A stretch of DNA of 64,000 nucleotides from the human T2T-CHM13v2.0 reference genome, Homo sapiens. The translations under genes and the position numbers were made by a program. This document shows positions 13,325 to 27,899 of this stretch, piece after piece. Below the pieces are notes generated by a model. The model saw only the letters and a list, made by a program, of their open reading frames with translations. It was not told the DNA's origin and searched no databases. Numbering within the stretch: position 1 is the first letter of the stretch; each line of letters begins with the position of its first letter. The stretch lies in the NCBI RefSeq assembly GCF_009914755.1, contig NC_060925.1, one strand, 5' to 3'.

Positions 13325-13490
13325 TTACAAAGTACATAAAGAGCTCACTAAACAGAGATTCTATGCATATGGATGGACAGCTAGAGATTGTAAAGATCAA
13401 AGTTTTCCAAATAATCTAAAATCCAATGTAACACCAATCAAAAGTCCGCATGGATTTTTTTTAAATAGAACTCGACAATCTTATTCCGAA
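13325..13490 (+). mobile_element. Old L1 ORF2-region fragment
   Basis: Degenerate match to L1M ...CAATGCAATCCCAATCAAAAT...TTTTT...AGAAATTGACAAG. Confidence 0.6.
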
Positions 13491-13735
13491 TTTTTTTTTT
13501 TTTTAAGACAAGGTCTCACTCTGCTGCCCAGGCTAGAGTGCAGTGGCCTGATCTTGGCTCCCTGCAGCCTGAAACTCTTGGGCCCCAGCGATCCTCCTGC
13601 CTCAGTGTCCCAAGATGCTGGGACTACAGTCATGGATGACCCCACCCAGCTAAGTTTTTTCATTTTTTTGTAGAGATGGAGTCTCCCTATGTTGCCCAGG
13701 CTGGTCTTGAACTCCTGGTCTCAAGTGATCCTCCT
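13491..13735 (-). mobile_element. Alu (AluJ-like, 5'-truncated)
   Basis: Poly-T plus reverse Alu body. Confidence 0.9.
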
Positions 13736-14371
13736 CTCTGGGAGAAGATATTTGCAGTGTCCAAAGCTGCTGCCACCATCATCCTGTAGACCCCAGGACA
13801 AGCCTGTCCAGTAGGCCTGGCAGGAGATTCTCTCCCCTCCATCTCCCATCAGGGAGGGTCCAGGCACTAAGATGAATAATCCAGATGACACTGCAGGTGA
13901 ATGACATGCCAGGGCCTGCAGCCAGGTTTGTGGTCAGCTGGCCAAGCCTCTCCAACAAGAGTAAAGAGGTTCCGCCCTCCATCTCTCTGATACTAGCTTC
14001 AGTCACGGCTGCCACAGCACAGAGGCTGAGCACCAACCCTGAAATGTGTGTGGTAAAACAGACAAATTACCCTGATGAGTTCCAATTTTCACTCTCCAGA
14101 AACAATTCCCTGCTGGCCTATCCCAGGGCACAAGTGTGAAATGTGGCCTTCATGGTGGATTACCAGCCTGAAGGAAGCTGCCACCTCCCAGGCCTGAGGG
14201 ACAGAGTGGGGCTGATTCTGTTTCTCTGTGAAAGAATTCCTTTCTGTGTTCAGCCTGTGGCTCCAGCAACACTCCTTGTCACCATTGTCTCGTTCCTGTG
14301 ACTGAAAAGAACAAATCCACGTGTGTGTGTTGGGGGCTAAGGGGAGGGAGGTGTCAAAGAATGTCTGGATG

Positions 14372-14677
14372 TGTTTTTTTTTGTTTTCTTGAGATAGGGT
14401 CTCACTCTGTCACCCAGGCTGGAGTGCAGGGGTGTGATCGTGGCTCACTGCAGCCTCAAACTCCTGGGCTCAAGGGATCCTCCAACCTCAGCCTCCTAAG
14501 TAGCTGGGACTACAGATGTTCTTCACCACGCCCAGCTAATTTTTTTAAATTTTTTTTGTAGAGATGAGGTCTTGCTATTTTGACCAAGCTGGTCTCAAAC
14601 TCCTGGGCTCAAGCGATGCTCCCATCTTGGCCTCCCAAAGTGCTGGGGTTATAGGTGTGAGCCACCGAGACCGGCTG
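14372..14677 (-). mobile_element. Alu (AluJ-like)
   Basis: Full reverse Alu; its 5' end is tandemly duplicated (see findings). Confidence 0.92.
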
Positions 14678-15929
14678 GAACATTACAGATGTGAGCCACT
14701 GAGCCTGTCTGGAACATGTTTTAAAAACTTGTTACTGGAGGCCACAGTCCCAGATGCTTCCAACCGTGGGAGAAAGTCTCCTACAGAAGTGCTGTTCCTG
14801 AAACTTTGTCCCCCTCCAGAGGAGAGCTTTGGGTGGGCTTCTCCTGAGGGAGAAGAAAGACGGGCGTGGTAACATTCACAGCAAATATTGATGAGGTCCT
14901 CTGCTCTCAGGGAGTGTGGAGTCCAGAGGAGAGGGGACAGACACAGGCAACCAGGGGCTGTGGGAGCCCTGAGCAGCTGCCTCCTCCTCTCGGTGGTGGG
15001 GTGCGGGAGAGGTGGGGGTGTGGGGCTCATGCAGGAAGAGCAGGGGGCTTGCCAGGAGGTTAGCATGAGTGGTGGGGATGGGGACAGCCGGGGAGTGACT
15101 AAGAGTGAGTAGGTGGGACGTGGGAGTGAAGGAACAGCCTAGAAGTGGGCTGGATCCTGTGGGCAGCGGGCCACTGGGGTGTTCCAGCAGGAGAGGGCAC
15201 CGCCTCAAGTATTTTTTAGGAAGATGTCCTGGCCAAGAAGTCCAGGCTTCAGGACCAAGTTTTTCTAACTCGTGCATAGTGGCAGGACCTTGCTGTGGGC
15301 GCTCTGCCACTGCCTACCTCTCCAGCTGCCCCTCTGCCCAGCCCCACCAGCGCCCCTCAACCCAGGCAGGACTGTAGGATCTGTGGGTCCCCTGAGTCTC
15401 AGGCTCTCTCACTCCTGGGCCTTTGTATGTGCTCTTCTCCCCACCACAAATTCTTCCCTACCAAACTCCTGCCTGGGTTCACATGCCACCTCCTCTGGAA
15501 GCCTTCCCTGGGCACCTCGCCCTCGCTGCAGCCAGGCTCTCCTTCTGGTGGGTAGGCCATAGTGAGCACCATCCCTGTCCCCTCTTTCAGTTCCTGTCGC
15601 ATTGTTGACGTCGTGTGCCGACTCGTCGGCCTTCCCTGTCAGACTGTGAACTCCAGGAAGGCAGGAGCTCATCTTCACCATCCTGTAACTCTCTGTCACC
15701 CTGGCTGCTCAGTTAATGGCTGACAAATGAACACACAGCCTCCAACTCCCACCACTAAGTAAAACACTTCCTGATTTTGCTACGACTCAACTGCCCCAGG
15801 CCGACTAAACTCCCTCTCATCTGGTTTCATTCAGCATCCTGGGAAGAGGAGAGATACCAAAAAGTATTTTTTAAAGGATATTTAGGTTCTCAGAAACAGC
15901 ATTAGATTTGTACATGGTAAACCCCTTCT

Positions 15930-16170
15930 GGAGTTTACCGAATATGCTGCTTTTGGGCAGTAATCTTTCAGAATGGTAAAGGTGCCTACCCTTATCCAGG
16001 AAATCCATTTCCAGGATCTAACCTGTAGGAATATATGCATATGTATGGAAAAATATTTGTACAAGAATGTTCATGACAGCATCTGTAGTAGCAAAAAATA
16101 GTCTGCCCATCAACAGGTGACAAAATTATTGTATAGTAACATTGTGGAACATCCAACAACCACTGAAAAA
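15930..16170 (+). mobile_element. Old L1M 3' fragment
   Basis: ATTTGTACAAGAATGTTCATGACAGCA...CCCATCAACAGG. Confidence 0.65.
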
Positions 16171-16175
16171 CAAAT

Positions 16176-16488
16176 GGCAGGGTATGGTGGCTCATGCCTG
16201 TAATCCCAGGACTTTGGAAGGCTAAGGTGGTAGGATCGCTTGAGGCAAGGAGTTTAAGACCAGCCTGGGTAAAATATCGAGACCCCCATCTCCACACACA
16301 CAAAAAATTTTTTAATTAGCTGGGAATGGTGGTGCATGCCTATACTCCTAGCTACTCAGGAGGCTGAGGTGGGAGGATGATTTGAGCCCAGGAGTTCAAG
16401 GCTGCAGTGAGCCATGATTGCACTGCACTCCAGCCTGGGAGACAGAGTGAGACCCTGGCTCAAAAACAAAAAAGCAAAGCAAAGAAAA
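16176..16488 (+). mobile_element. Alu (AluJ-like)
   Basis: Dimeric Alu with an A-rich tail. Confidence 0.92.
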
Positions 16489-16490
16489 CC

Positions 16491-16789
16491 AGCCAGGCGC
16501 AGTGGCTCACGCCTGTAATCCTAGCACTTTGGGAGGCCAAGGCCAGTGGATAACAAGGTCAGGAGTTCAAGACCAGCCTGGCCTAGATGGTGAAACCCCC
16601 ATCTCTACTAAAAATACAAAAAAATTAGCCAGGCGTGGTGGCAGGCACCTGTAATCCCAGCTACTCGGGAGGCTGAGGCAGAGAATTGCTTGAACCCGGG
16701 ACACAGAGGTTGCAGTGAGCCGAGATCGCGCCACTGCACTTTAGCCTGGGTGACAAAGCCAGACTCTGTCTCAAAAAAAAAAAAAAAAA
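16491..16789 (+). mobile_element. Alu (AluS-like), inserted at the tail of the preceding Alu
   Basis: Dimeric Alu with a poly(A) tail. Confidence 0.95.
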
Positions 16790-17249
16790 GGTAAAGAAAA
16801 CCAAATATGCACTGAAATGACACAACATCCATAATAGATTATTCAACTATAAAAGCAAACCAAAGAACAGTATGGATTACTGAAACAGTATGAACAGTAT
16901 GGATTTACTGAAAACAGTAAACGTGTTTGAATTAAAAAGATATTGGTTTATATGTGCATTCCTATCTGTTAGGAACTTAGAAGAAAAGCTTGAAACATTA
17001 TCCATCAAATTCCTACTGGTAGTTACTTCTGCAGAATAGAATTTTACAGTAGTGGGGGGATATTCATTTGCTACTATAGACGCTTAGATGTTTGAATTAT
17101 TTGCAAAGCATGTGTATTACTTCTGCAAGAAAAATAAAATAGGGAAAATTTCTACTTCAGCAAAACGACTATCTCCTACTTATCAGAGCATTTCCAAGTC
17201 ACTCACACATATTTGAACATTTGAATGTTAAGTCCAAGAACACTGGCAG

Positions 17250-17545
17250 AGGCAATCATGCTCCCGCCAGTCCATCGGCTCCCCAGATTTTCAGGCTCCA
17301 GCCGGGAGTCAGGGTCACGTGACTAATTCTAGCCAATGAGATGGAAGCGAGCGCCACCTCCCGGAAAGGAAATGATGCCCGTAACTTAGAGCGGGCTAAG
17401 GTGCTCAACTCTCCAGTTTCCCTTCGTCTGTCTTGGCCACAAAGGAAACCACACATTCTAGATATAAAATGTTAGAGCCACCTGCCAAACACTGTACTTT
17501 TGTTATGCCACTGAGATTTGAGGGTTAATCTGATGCGGCATTGTA
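17250..17545. mobile_element. Ancient ERVL/MaLR-type LTR remnant
   Basis: CACGTGACTAATTCTAGCCAATGAGATG and GCCACTGAGATTTG motifs. Confidence 0.45.
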
Positions 17546-17559
17546 TTCTGGCCTATTTC

Positions 17560-18055
17560 AATTCTCTACTGCTATCTGACAAACCACCCCAAAATGTCTT
17601 AGCTTCAAACAACACTCATTTTCTTTGCTCATGACTCTGCAGTCTGGGCTAGTTTCAGCTGGGCAGCTCTTCTGCAGGTCTTGCCAGGGTCATTAATGTG
17701 GCTGCATTCAGCTGGCGGGCAGGCTGAAGGCTGGGCTTAGCTGAACTCACAAGACAGCTGGGCCTTTCTCTCCCCACCCCCGTCTCTCTCCCCACTCCCC
17801 GCCATATAGTGTCTCCACAAGGCCCAAGGTCTCTCTGGTAAAGTAGTTGGACTTCTTGCACAGATGGGGGCTCAAAGCTCCCTAAAGTGCCATGCCATCT
17901 TAAAACTTAGTCCCAGAATGGGCACAGTGTTACTTCTGGTACCTTCTGTCGGTTAAAGCAAATCACAGGTCCAGTCCAGACTCAAGAAAAAAGGACTCCA
18001 CAAGAACATTCAAATATCAGAGATGTGGTTCATTGGGGCCACCTGTGCAACACAG
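17560..18055 (-). mobile_element. MLT1-family MaLR LTR
   Basis: ACAAACCACCCCAAAA...TTCAAACAACA...TTTGCTCATGACTCTGCAGTCTGGGC. Confidence 0.65.
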
Positions 18056-18142
18056 TGCCATGGCCTCTTCTGAGCAGTATAAACACCAAGGGCCTACTCC
18101 ATATGGGAGAATGCTGTGTTGCACACATAATGTTGTGTAATC

Positions 18143-18435
18143 TTTTTTTTTTGAGGCAGAGTCTCACTCTGTCGCCAGGCTGGGGTGCAGTGCACTGCGT
18201 GATCTCAGCTTACTGCAACCTCCGCCTCCCAGGTTCAAGCAATTCTCCTGCCTCAGCCTCCCAAGTAGCTGGGACTACAGGTGCATGCCACCACACCCAG
18301 CTAATTTTTGTATTTTCAGTTGAGACAGGGTTTCACCATGTTGGCCACGATGGTCTCTATCTCTTGACCTCATGATCTGCCTGCCTCGACCTCCCCAAGT
18401 GCTGGGATTACAGGAGTGAGCCACCGCGCCTGGCC
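18143..18435 (-). mobile_element. Alu (AluS-like)
   Basis: Reverse Alu. TSD AAT(G/A)TTGTGTAATCTTT at 18129 and 18436. Confidence 0.95.
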
Positions 18436-18505
18436 AATATTGTGTAATCTTTAAGGGTGTGATCATGTAAGTGGCAACCCAATGTTTTAGAGCAATTTTT
18501 TTTTT

Positions 18506-18544
18506 AAGTGCTGAGATTACAGGCGTGAGGCACCGCGCCCAGCC
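18506..18544 (-). mobile_element. 39-bp Alu 5'-end fragment followed by oligo(A)
   Basis: Minus strand reads GGCTGGGCGCGGTGCCTCACGCCTGTAATCTCAGCACTT, then A10 (T-run at 18496-18505). Confidence 0.85.
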
Positions 18545-18562
18545 AGAAGGAAAATAACTGCT

Positions 18563-18950
<388 letters not shown>

Positions 18951-21080
18951 GTAAACAATTTTAAATTTAGTTAAAAATCAGCTGTCCACTTTGAAAAAGC
19001 AAAGATCTAATGTGGAAGTTTGGAGATCAACTCTTACTCTTATTATTGTGGGTTAAAGAAATAGTGGAAAAAACAAGCAACTCCAGATGTTAAAGTCATT
19101 TTGAAAGTACTGATTTACAGTAATTTAAGTGCTAACTAAATTAGCACTTAAATAACACACACACATACAACCCAGGAAAATCAAACCTTCAAGTTACTTT
19201 ATTCAAAGGCAAAACTTTGTGGGAAGAAGTAGTCCTGCTGTAGAACTGCCTAGCAATGGTCCCGGCTGTCTCTGAAAACAGACAGCCCCTGAGACCTGCT
19301 ATGTTCACGAGGAGGCCAGATGGCTGCCATCCAGGGATGCCGCAGACATAATTCAGCAAGGGTTGGGCAGTTGGGCTTGAAGACCTCTAAGATGCCTTCC
19401 AATCTGATGATATGATCCTGTGATACTAAGAGGTGCATGAGTCTTGATTCCTGAGCTGGCTGGAGGAACGGCCAGGACTTGGAAATGCAGCAAGAGCGGG
19501 ACAGGCCTCCTGGGCCCGGAGAATCACATAGAAAGTGCATAGGCCAGAACTCCAGCGTTATTCCAGCCACCAGTGGCTGAAGCCAAAGCCTGGTGCCTCG
19601 GTTTCTGGATCGTTTTCGAAGGCTTTTCCTTTCTTCCCGAGTGTTCATCACAGGAGACCATGTGGCAAATGTAATAGAGTCTGTAGAGTGCCGCGGAAGA
19701 GCAGGAAGTACATAAAAAGCCAGGAACCATTACAGATGAAGGGTAAGTGGGGCCTTGACAGCAGCAGCACTGTGAGGATCTAGCCAGCTGCCCACACCAA
19801 TAACAGGCCCAGTCGTCTAACGAGGCCCGACAGAGCCACCACAGGCTGCTCAGCTGCTCCCGAGAGCGGATGCCACCTCCGCAGCCCTGCTGACCCAGGG
19901 AAGATGCGCTCAGGTTTCTTCCATTCTTGGGCCTGAGCAGTGGATTGGATCACTTAGAAATTCTTTCACTCACTTCAATCTTGTAACAGATATTTACTAA
20001 GAAGTCATAATACGCCAGGCGCTGTACTTCGAGCTGGAAATATAACAGTGCGCTAGACCACATCTTGGCTGTCAGTAGAGAGGAGTAAAAGGGCCCGAGG
20101 ACCCTTTTACTAGTATAACAAATCACTGTCTCGGCACAGTGATTTCATGTCTGCCCCTGACAGCCAGGGACTCCCTCTCTGTTTCCCTACGAGGAAGTCA
20201 TCTGTGTGGTTAAATAACTTGCCCAAGGTCTCCAAGCTGGTGGGGAGCGTCCACCCAGCACTGGGGCACTGATTGTCCTTGGAGAGTGAAGCTAATGTGA
20301 ATCAGCGGTTCTCAAATGCTTTCTAAAAGCCACTGGAGAGGGTCCCCAGGAGTGGGTGGCTGGGACATGGTGGAAGTTCCCCAGCCCCATGAAGGACTGG
20401 AGCATGTTTTATCAGGGGTGGTGTTGTCATGAAGATGGCTGGAATCCCAAGGAGGGAACTGACCCCTATGCTCACGGGGGTTGGGGGAGAGAGTGTTCTC
20501 AGGAAACAGGGGCCTTGTCAGTTGTCAGTGCTATTTGGTGTGTCCAAAGAAACTTGAACAGCCTCCACTGGGAGGGTGCCAGGCCATCTGCAACCCCAGC
20601 CAGCTTCCTGGACTCCTCACGTGCCTTCAGATGCTAAGCCTGCGCCCTGGAAATTGGGCAAGCGTCAGGGGTTGGGGAGGGGCTCATTGGAACCCATCTC
20701 TGGTCAGGAGCCGCCCCTCAAGGGAGACCCTGGGCTGGAGAGTGTCGGCAGAACAGGCCACAACCCTCTGCGCAGCTAACACAGCTGGGGAACATCTGCA
20801 TACTCTCTTTCCCTCCCTCAGGGGTCTTCCCTTTCTGAGCACCCCCTCCCCTTCGCTCCCCCAAAGAACACAGATCCCCCTTGCTCTTTGGGGGAGTGCA
20901 ACCACCCCAGCAACATAAGTACTTTGGTTTAAGGGTGAAGCTCACTTGGGCCTGGAATTCAGGGCACATGGTGGGCCTTAGGAGAGCCTGCGAGAGAGGT
21001 TCCCCTAAACTAGAATAACTCATGCCACCGGTCAGAGACAATGCTTTATACACCACTACGTGTTCTCAGAGCTCATTTTA

Positions 21081-21391
21081 TTTAACTTTTATTTTCAGCT
21101 CAGGAGTCCATGTGCAAGTTTGTTATATTAGTAAACTTGTGTCATAGGGGTTCGTTGTATAGATTACTGCGTCACCCAGGTATTAAGCCTAAGTACCCAG
21201 CAGTGATTTTTCCTGATCTTCTCCCGCCTGCCACCCTCCATTTCCTGATAGACCCCAGTGTTGTTCCCCTCTGTGTGTCCATGTGTTCTCATCATGTAGC
21301 TCCCACTTATAAGTGAGAGCACGTGGTATTTGATTTAGTTCCTGAGTTAGTTTGTGTAGGATGATGGCCTCCAGCTCCATCCATGCTCCTG
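21081..21391 (-). mobile_element. 5'-truncated L1PA 3' end
   Basis: GCTCCCACTTATAAGTGAGA and ATGGCCTCCAGCTCCATCCATG. 16-bp TSD CTCAGAGCTCATTTTA (21065-21080 / 21392-21407). Confidence 0.92.
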
Positions 21392-21792
21392 CTCAGAGCT
21401 CATTTTAAATTGCTTGTGCTTATGTTTCTCCATGTTCTAGAAACAGCACTGGCTCTCCTCAGAACACACTGTGTGTGCATAATAATGTTTTGTTAAGCAA
21501 ATGAAATAATTTTATAGTCAGAAATTGAGGGAAATCAAGCAAACTCTTTCACTGATCAACATGAAGGACAGGAGGGAGCATCTTCTCATGGACAGATGGC
21601 CCCAGAGGAGGGCCCAGCTGGCTGAGACGGGCCTGTGGATCAGGGGCCTGTGGTGCCACTGGTGCTAGGAAATAATGGATTGGCAAGTGGGCCCTGGAAG
21701 GGCCTCAGATCTAGACCCTTCTGCCAAAGTGTGGAGACAGTGTGAAGTGTATGAACATACGGCCAACAGCTCACGATGGCCCTGACATTTGT

Positions 21793-22092
21793 GGTTTTTT
21801 GATTTTGTTTTTTGTTTGTTTGTTTTTGAGACAGAATATCTCTCTGTTGCCCAGGCTGGAGTGCAGTGGCACCATCTCGGCGCACTGCAACCTTGGCCTC
21901 CCAGGTTCAAGTGGTTCTCCTGCCTCAGCCTCCAGGCGCGCATCACCACGCCCTGCTAATTTTTGTATTTTTAGTAGAGACGGGGTTTCGCCTTGTTGGC
22001 CAGGCTGGTCTCAAGCTCCTGGCCTGAACTGATCCACCAGCCTTGGCCTCCCAAAGTGCTGGGATTACAGGCGTGAGCCACTGCACCTGGCC
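21793..22092 (-). mobile_element. Alu (AluS-like, small internal deletion)
   Basis: Reverse Alu with ACATTTGT flanks. Confidence 0.93.
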
Positions 22093-23447
22093 AACATTTG
22101 TTGAACTCTTAGAACGTGTGCTAAAGCAACACAGTAGCCTAAGGTGCATGTTATTTTTATGATGCCCACTCACGGGTGGATTTATTTGACCATTTACCAT
22201 TATGTTCCGTTAGTTTACCATTACACGGCATCATCAGACGCCAGCCACTTGTCTTCTCCGTTCCTACTCCCTGGGTCCGAACCCTGCTGACTTAGACTCT
22301 CTCTCTTGTCCATCTCCTCACTTGTATTCCTGGCCTCTTGCTCCCCCGTCGTCTCCTCCACCCGTTCCCATCCTTCCTGCCTCCCAGCCCCTCAAGTCCA
22401 GCCCCCTGACTACCCCAGTGCCCAGTGCTCTCCCCCACCTGACCTCTGACCTCCCTTGTCCCTGCTCCAGACTGAAGCAGGGTAAATCTGTCTCTGTCCC
22501 TGGGGTGCTGCTTGTCCTTTTCTCCATGTGTTCCATGAAGCTGCCCACCCCCTCTGTGCTCCAGAAGAGACTCAAGATGCTTGTCCCTCTGGGCCACTGT
22601 CAAAGAGCTTGGGGGCTGTGAATGGTGAGACGGGGATTGAGAGGGGAGCGGGTCAGCTGGACCTCCGGCCTGGCTCCCCCAGCGGAGGGACAGAGCTCAC
22701 CAGGCTCTGGGTGGAAGTGTTGGGCCAAGCTAATCACCTAAATGGACGCAGGCTGTTGAGAGACAGGCTCTATTCCCTAATAGAATTTGCCCTCAAGTGC
22801 AATTTAATTTTCTCTGAGGCGGTCTCCAGCCCCTCTGCTACCCTCCCCCTAGGCAGACCCTCATTTCCCCAGCTTCCGAGGGGGAGCAGAGCACCTTCTC
22901 TTAGAGAAAAGAGGAGCGGGGCATCCTCGGGGCTCTGTGCGCTCCCTCAGGTTTGGCCTCCTCCTGGGGAACACCCTGGCCCACCCAGGGCACCCCTTCT
23001 CCAGGTTCCTCCCCACAGGGAGGCTACCTCCACTTACAAACGCCCTGATTTCTCTAGAGCCCTGGGCCCTGCCAGGATCTCTGCTCCCAGGCTGTTCCTC
23101 CTCCAAACCCTCACCGTGAAGGCAGATTCTTCCCCTGACCTCTGGTAAGTGCACATGCTTCGAGAATTCTCTTTGTCCTGCTTAGTGCCCTGCGCTTACT
23201 GAGGGGGACTAGTCAGAAGGAGGGGTGGGCGACGTGGACACACAAGCAGGGGCCTCTGTGGAGGGGCAGAGATCCACTCAGAGCCCTGCAGTTTGGGGTG
23301 CAGCCCAGCTCTCGAGCACCCTGGGCCTCCTCCTGGCTCACCAGTGCCTCTCCCGGGGCTGGATTTCCCTCCAGATGACCCCCACCCCAGACCTCAGATC
23401 ACAGGCCCTGAAACCTGACCTGGTCACTGGGAGTGGGCTACTGTGGG

Positions 23448-23540
23448 GGTCCAGGCTCGGGGTGCACGTTCTTTCTCGGTGGGAGGCAGGGCCGCCATGG
23501 AGGTCCAGGCTCGGGGTGCACGTTCTTTCTGGGTGGGAGG
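23448..23540 (+). repeat. Two-copy direct repeat (39-bp core, 54-bp period)
   Basis: GGTCCAGGCTCGGGGTGCACGTTCTTTCT(C/G)GGTGGGAGG at 23448 and 23502. Confidence 0.9.
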
Positions 23541-24248
23541 TGGTGCATCTTCAGATGCGGCGCTCCAGCTCTTTCTGTGAAACTCCTCTGGGCTGCTTGG
23601 GGCTTCTTCTCCCAGGTAACAGAGGCTTAGGGAGGGCTGTGCAGGTTCATGTCTGGCCTGTGCCCCATGGCCATGAGTTTACCCTAGGCAGAGGTGGGGC
23701 GAGGACCCCAAAGAGAAGCCGAGGAGGTGATGTGAACTGTAGGAGGGGAGCAGAGAAAAGGACTGGGGCCCATGGAGTCATCCTGGGTGGCTTTCCCGTT
23801 TAGCAGGAAGCCTGTGGGATGCAGTGTTCCAGGACTTCAGGCAATCCCGTGACCCATCCCTCTCTAGCCCTGTCCTCTTATCTGGCAAAACCTGGGGAGG
23901 GAGCACTGGAATTCCTTTTTCTTTGCCACCAGAGTCTTGGAAAAAGCAGAGTGTGGGGAGGAGGATGACAAAGAATGGGTGGGTGGCAGGTCAGGGTCAA
24001 CTGCAAGGGGGAGATTGTCATTCTTCAGGCACAGCCACCTGCTCAGCTCCCACCTGTGCAGCTGACATCTCCTCCTCAGTGTGAGGTGGGCCCATTGCTC
24101 ATGTGGCTCCATCTGTGGGCAGCCTTCCGTTCCTCCACCTGGCAGTGCTTATTAGGCCCTTACTTGGTACCAGGAACCGTGCTAGGGGATAGGAGGAAAG
24201 GGGACTGCTCTGTGTATGAGTGCGTGTGTGTGTGGACAGTACCATACA

Positions 24249-25079
<831 letters not shown>

Positions 25080-25094
25080 AGTACTGGAGCGTCC

Positions 25095-25245
25095 CCACAT
25101 ACCCTGAGGTCCAGAGGCCAGCAGCATCAGCATCCCTGGGAAACTCCTTAGAAATGCAGAATCCTAGGCCCAGACATATGGCGTCAGAGCCTGCATTTGA
25201 ACAGCACCCGGTGATGATATGCATGGGAAAGTCTGAGGAGCTCAG
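25095..25245. mobile_element. MER5A-like hAT element
   Basis: CCAGCAGCATCAGCATC..CTGGGAA...TTAGAAATGCAGAATC. Confidence 0.75.
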
Positions 25246-26984
25246 TGAAAGGCCCGGTAGTAGAAGGAATATTCGTGGAGCATTTGCCTTAGGAGCTTTG
25301 CCTGTGGGATCTCCTGATCCCCAACAGCCTCTTCTCAGGATAATTATGGGAGTATCACCCCCATTTAAGCATGGGAAAACAGAGGCTCCCGGGGTTTAAC
25401 TTCCCACAGACATAAAACTCAGATGTAGATTAGAGCCAGGTTTTATGTTCTCTGCAGAGTACCTCCTCAGGTGAGGTCTGGGGGGAAATCCTTTGCCCCC
25501 CCAAAGCTCTCAATATTTCCTCCTTGACCACCAAAAGTGGCCACAGTTCTAGTGACCTGGTCCCTTTTCTGCAGGTCAGTGTTTTCAAGTAGAAAGTTTT
25601 GGTGACCAGTGGCAAGCTCTTCATAGTGAGCCAGGATGTGAGAAGTGAGAAGAGGCCAAGCAGGGAACCCCCTGTTCTTGGACAATAAACAGCATCACAA
25701 TTATGGGGGCTTGCTTGCACCAGGCCTTGTGCTAAAGGCTTTATTCCTCCTTTGCCAATGGTATTAGGTAGGAATTGTCACTATCCCATTACACAAATAA
25801 GTAAATGGAAGCTCACACGGGGTCACACCCAGCAGGCAGCATGGCTGGAACCCACACTGAAGTCTGTCGGGTTCCAGAATCGGGAGTCTGGCCCCTGCCT
25901 CACAGCCTGTCCTCACACACACCTCCTGGGCCTTCCTCCTGTTTCCTCTGCCCACATCGAACACATTTACATGTTTTGGTTATAAGTCAGTTCCTGAAGG
26001 GAAACTGTTGAATTAGACTCCTCTAGTAAAAATCTTTCGCCAAGACAATGACGGGATTGTTTTATAGATTAGCTTTGACACCTGCAGCTATTTAAAATGG
26101 AGCCAGGCTGGGCTTTCCACCCCTTCTCCTTACCATTTCTAGCGTCCTCTTCAAGAGCTGAGAAATGGATCATCTGGTTAGAAGCTCTGAGACAGAGCCC
26201 TAGGTCAAGCCCAGACAGCACGACCTTTCTGTGCTTTGGTTTCCTCATCTAGAAAGTGGTTGGAGTATGACGTGATCTACCTGCTTCGGTGAGGCTTGTG
26301 AGGCTTCGGTGAGATGGGGTATGGAAAGGCACCTAGTAAACTGTCAAGCACTATAAAAAATGTTGGTCACTAAGACCATTCTTGGATTTGAGATGCCGCT
26401 GAATCCTGGAGGGAAGATGAGGAAAGGGGGAAGCGGGGAAGGTGGCAGTTGTGCAGCATCTGGAATCTAAGCTCCTTCTTTACATAAATTTGGAGATTAA
26501 GTCAAATCAGAAAACAAACAAAAACGAAGAGAACATAGGTGCAAGGCAGTGTGGGCAGAACAGCTTCCGAAGGAAAAATACAGAATCAGCCCAGCTATAC
26601 CTTCCTGTCCCCTTTGCTTCGTATAAGCAAGGTGTCTGTTGCCATGACGGAGTGGAGCTTTTCACAAGATAGCTAAAATTTCACCCAAGAAGCAATTCTG
26701 GCACATTGACCTCAGCTTGTGGCAGAATTGAAAGAGCAGGTTTCCTCCACCTGCAAAAAGGGGAAAACCAAGAACAGTCCATGGCCATGGGGCTCTCTCT
26801 ATCCCAAATGCATGCTTAGGAAAGAAGAGCTCCCAAAGTCTAGTCTTCACTTAAGAACACCCAGGAGAGTTTCTTGTCCCTTGGTTTCCCCTATAAATGT
26901 AAAATAAGGAAAAGAAAAAAAAAAGCAAAATATTGCAGAGGGTATAATCATGATGCTTACTAGGTGCGGTGGGTAACAATCTGT

Positions 26985-27160
26985 GAGTAGAGTGCTGTTG
27001 TTAACCCCATTTAGTCAAAAGACTGGATTTAATTTCCAGTTGGCACTACAATTTATTAGCTATGTGACTTTAGGGACAGCAGAAAAGGAACTTGCCAGAA
27101 TGTATCCAAGTTGGGATTTGAATGCACGTCATCTAAGCCCAGAACCCAAACATTTACTAA
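26985..27160. mobile_element. MIR carrying an internal opposite-orientation MIR segment
   Basis: CCCCATTT...AACTTGCC...GGGATTTGAA..CCCAGAACCC, interrupted at 27017-27071. Confidence 0.6.
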
Positions 27161-27344
27161 CCCAGTTCTCCAACCCCTTCCCAACACAAGGAAGACAGGC
27201 ATCTGGAGAACTTTGCTGACATAATTTTATGGGAATGTTGCCAGTCCTGGAGCAAAGTAAGCTGTGAACTGTCTGCACTTGGCACTCCAGGTCATTGCCT
27301 TCCAGGGCCTGTCATGGAGCTGGCATACAATAGATGCCCGATGA

Positions 27345-27683
<339 letters not shown>

Positions 27684-27899
27684 TAGACTTTTGAGAGATA
27701 AAGAGAATTAACTCTGAAATTGGAACAAGACTAAACTCCCCAGCTCCCCCATACACACAGCCATGGGATGTGATAGCTTCAGAGATGGGCTTAGAGGACT
27801 TGGCCTTGCTGGGTCATGTACTCTGCATGGACCCCTCACCTGGCCATGCCCAGGAACCCTTAAATAAGGATTATTTGATGATGCTGGTGATGCTGCAAG

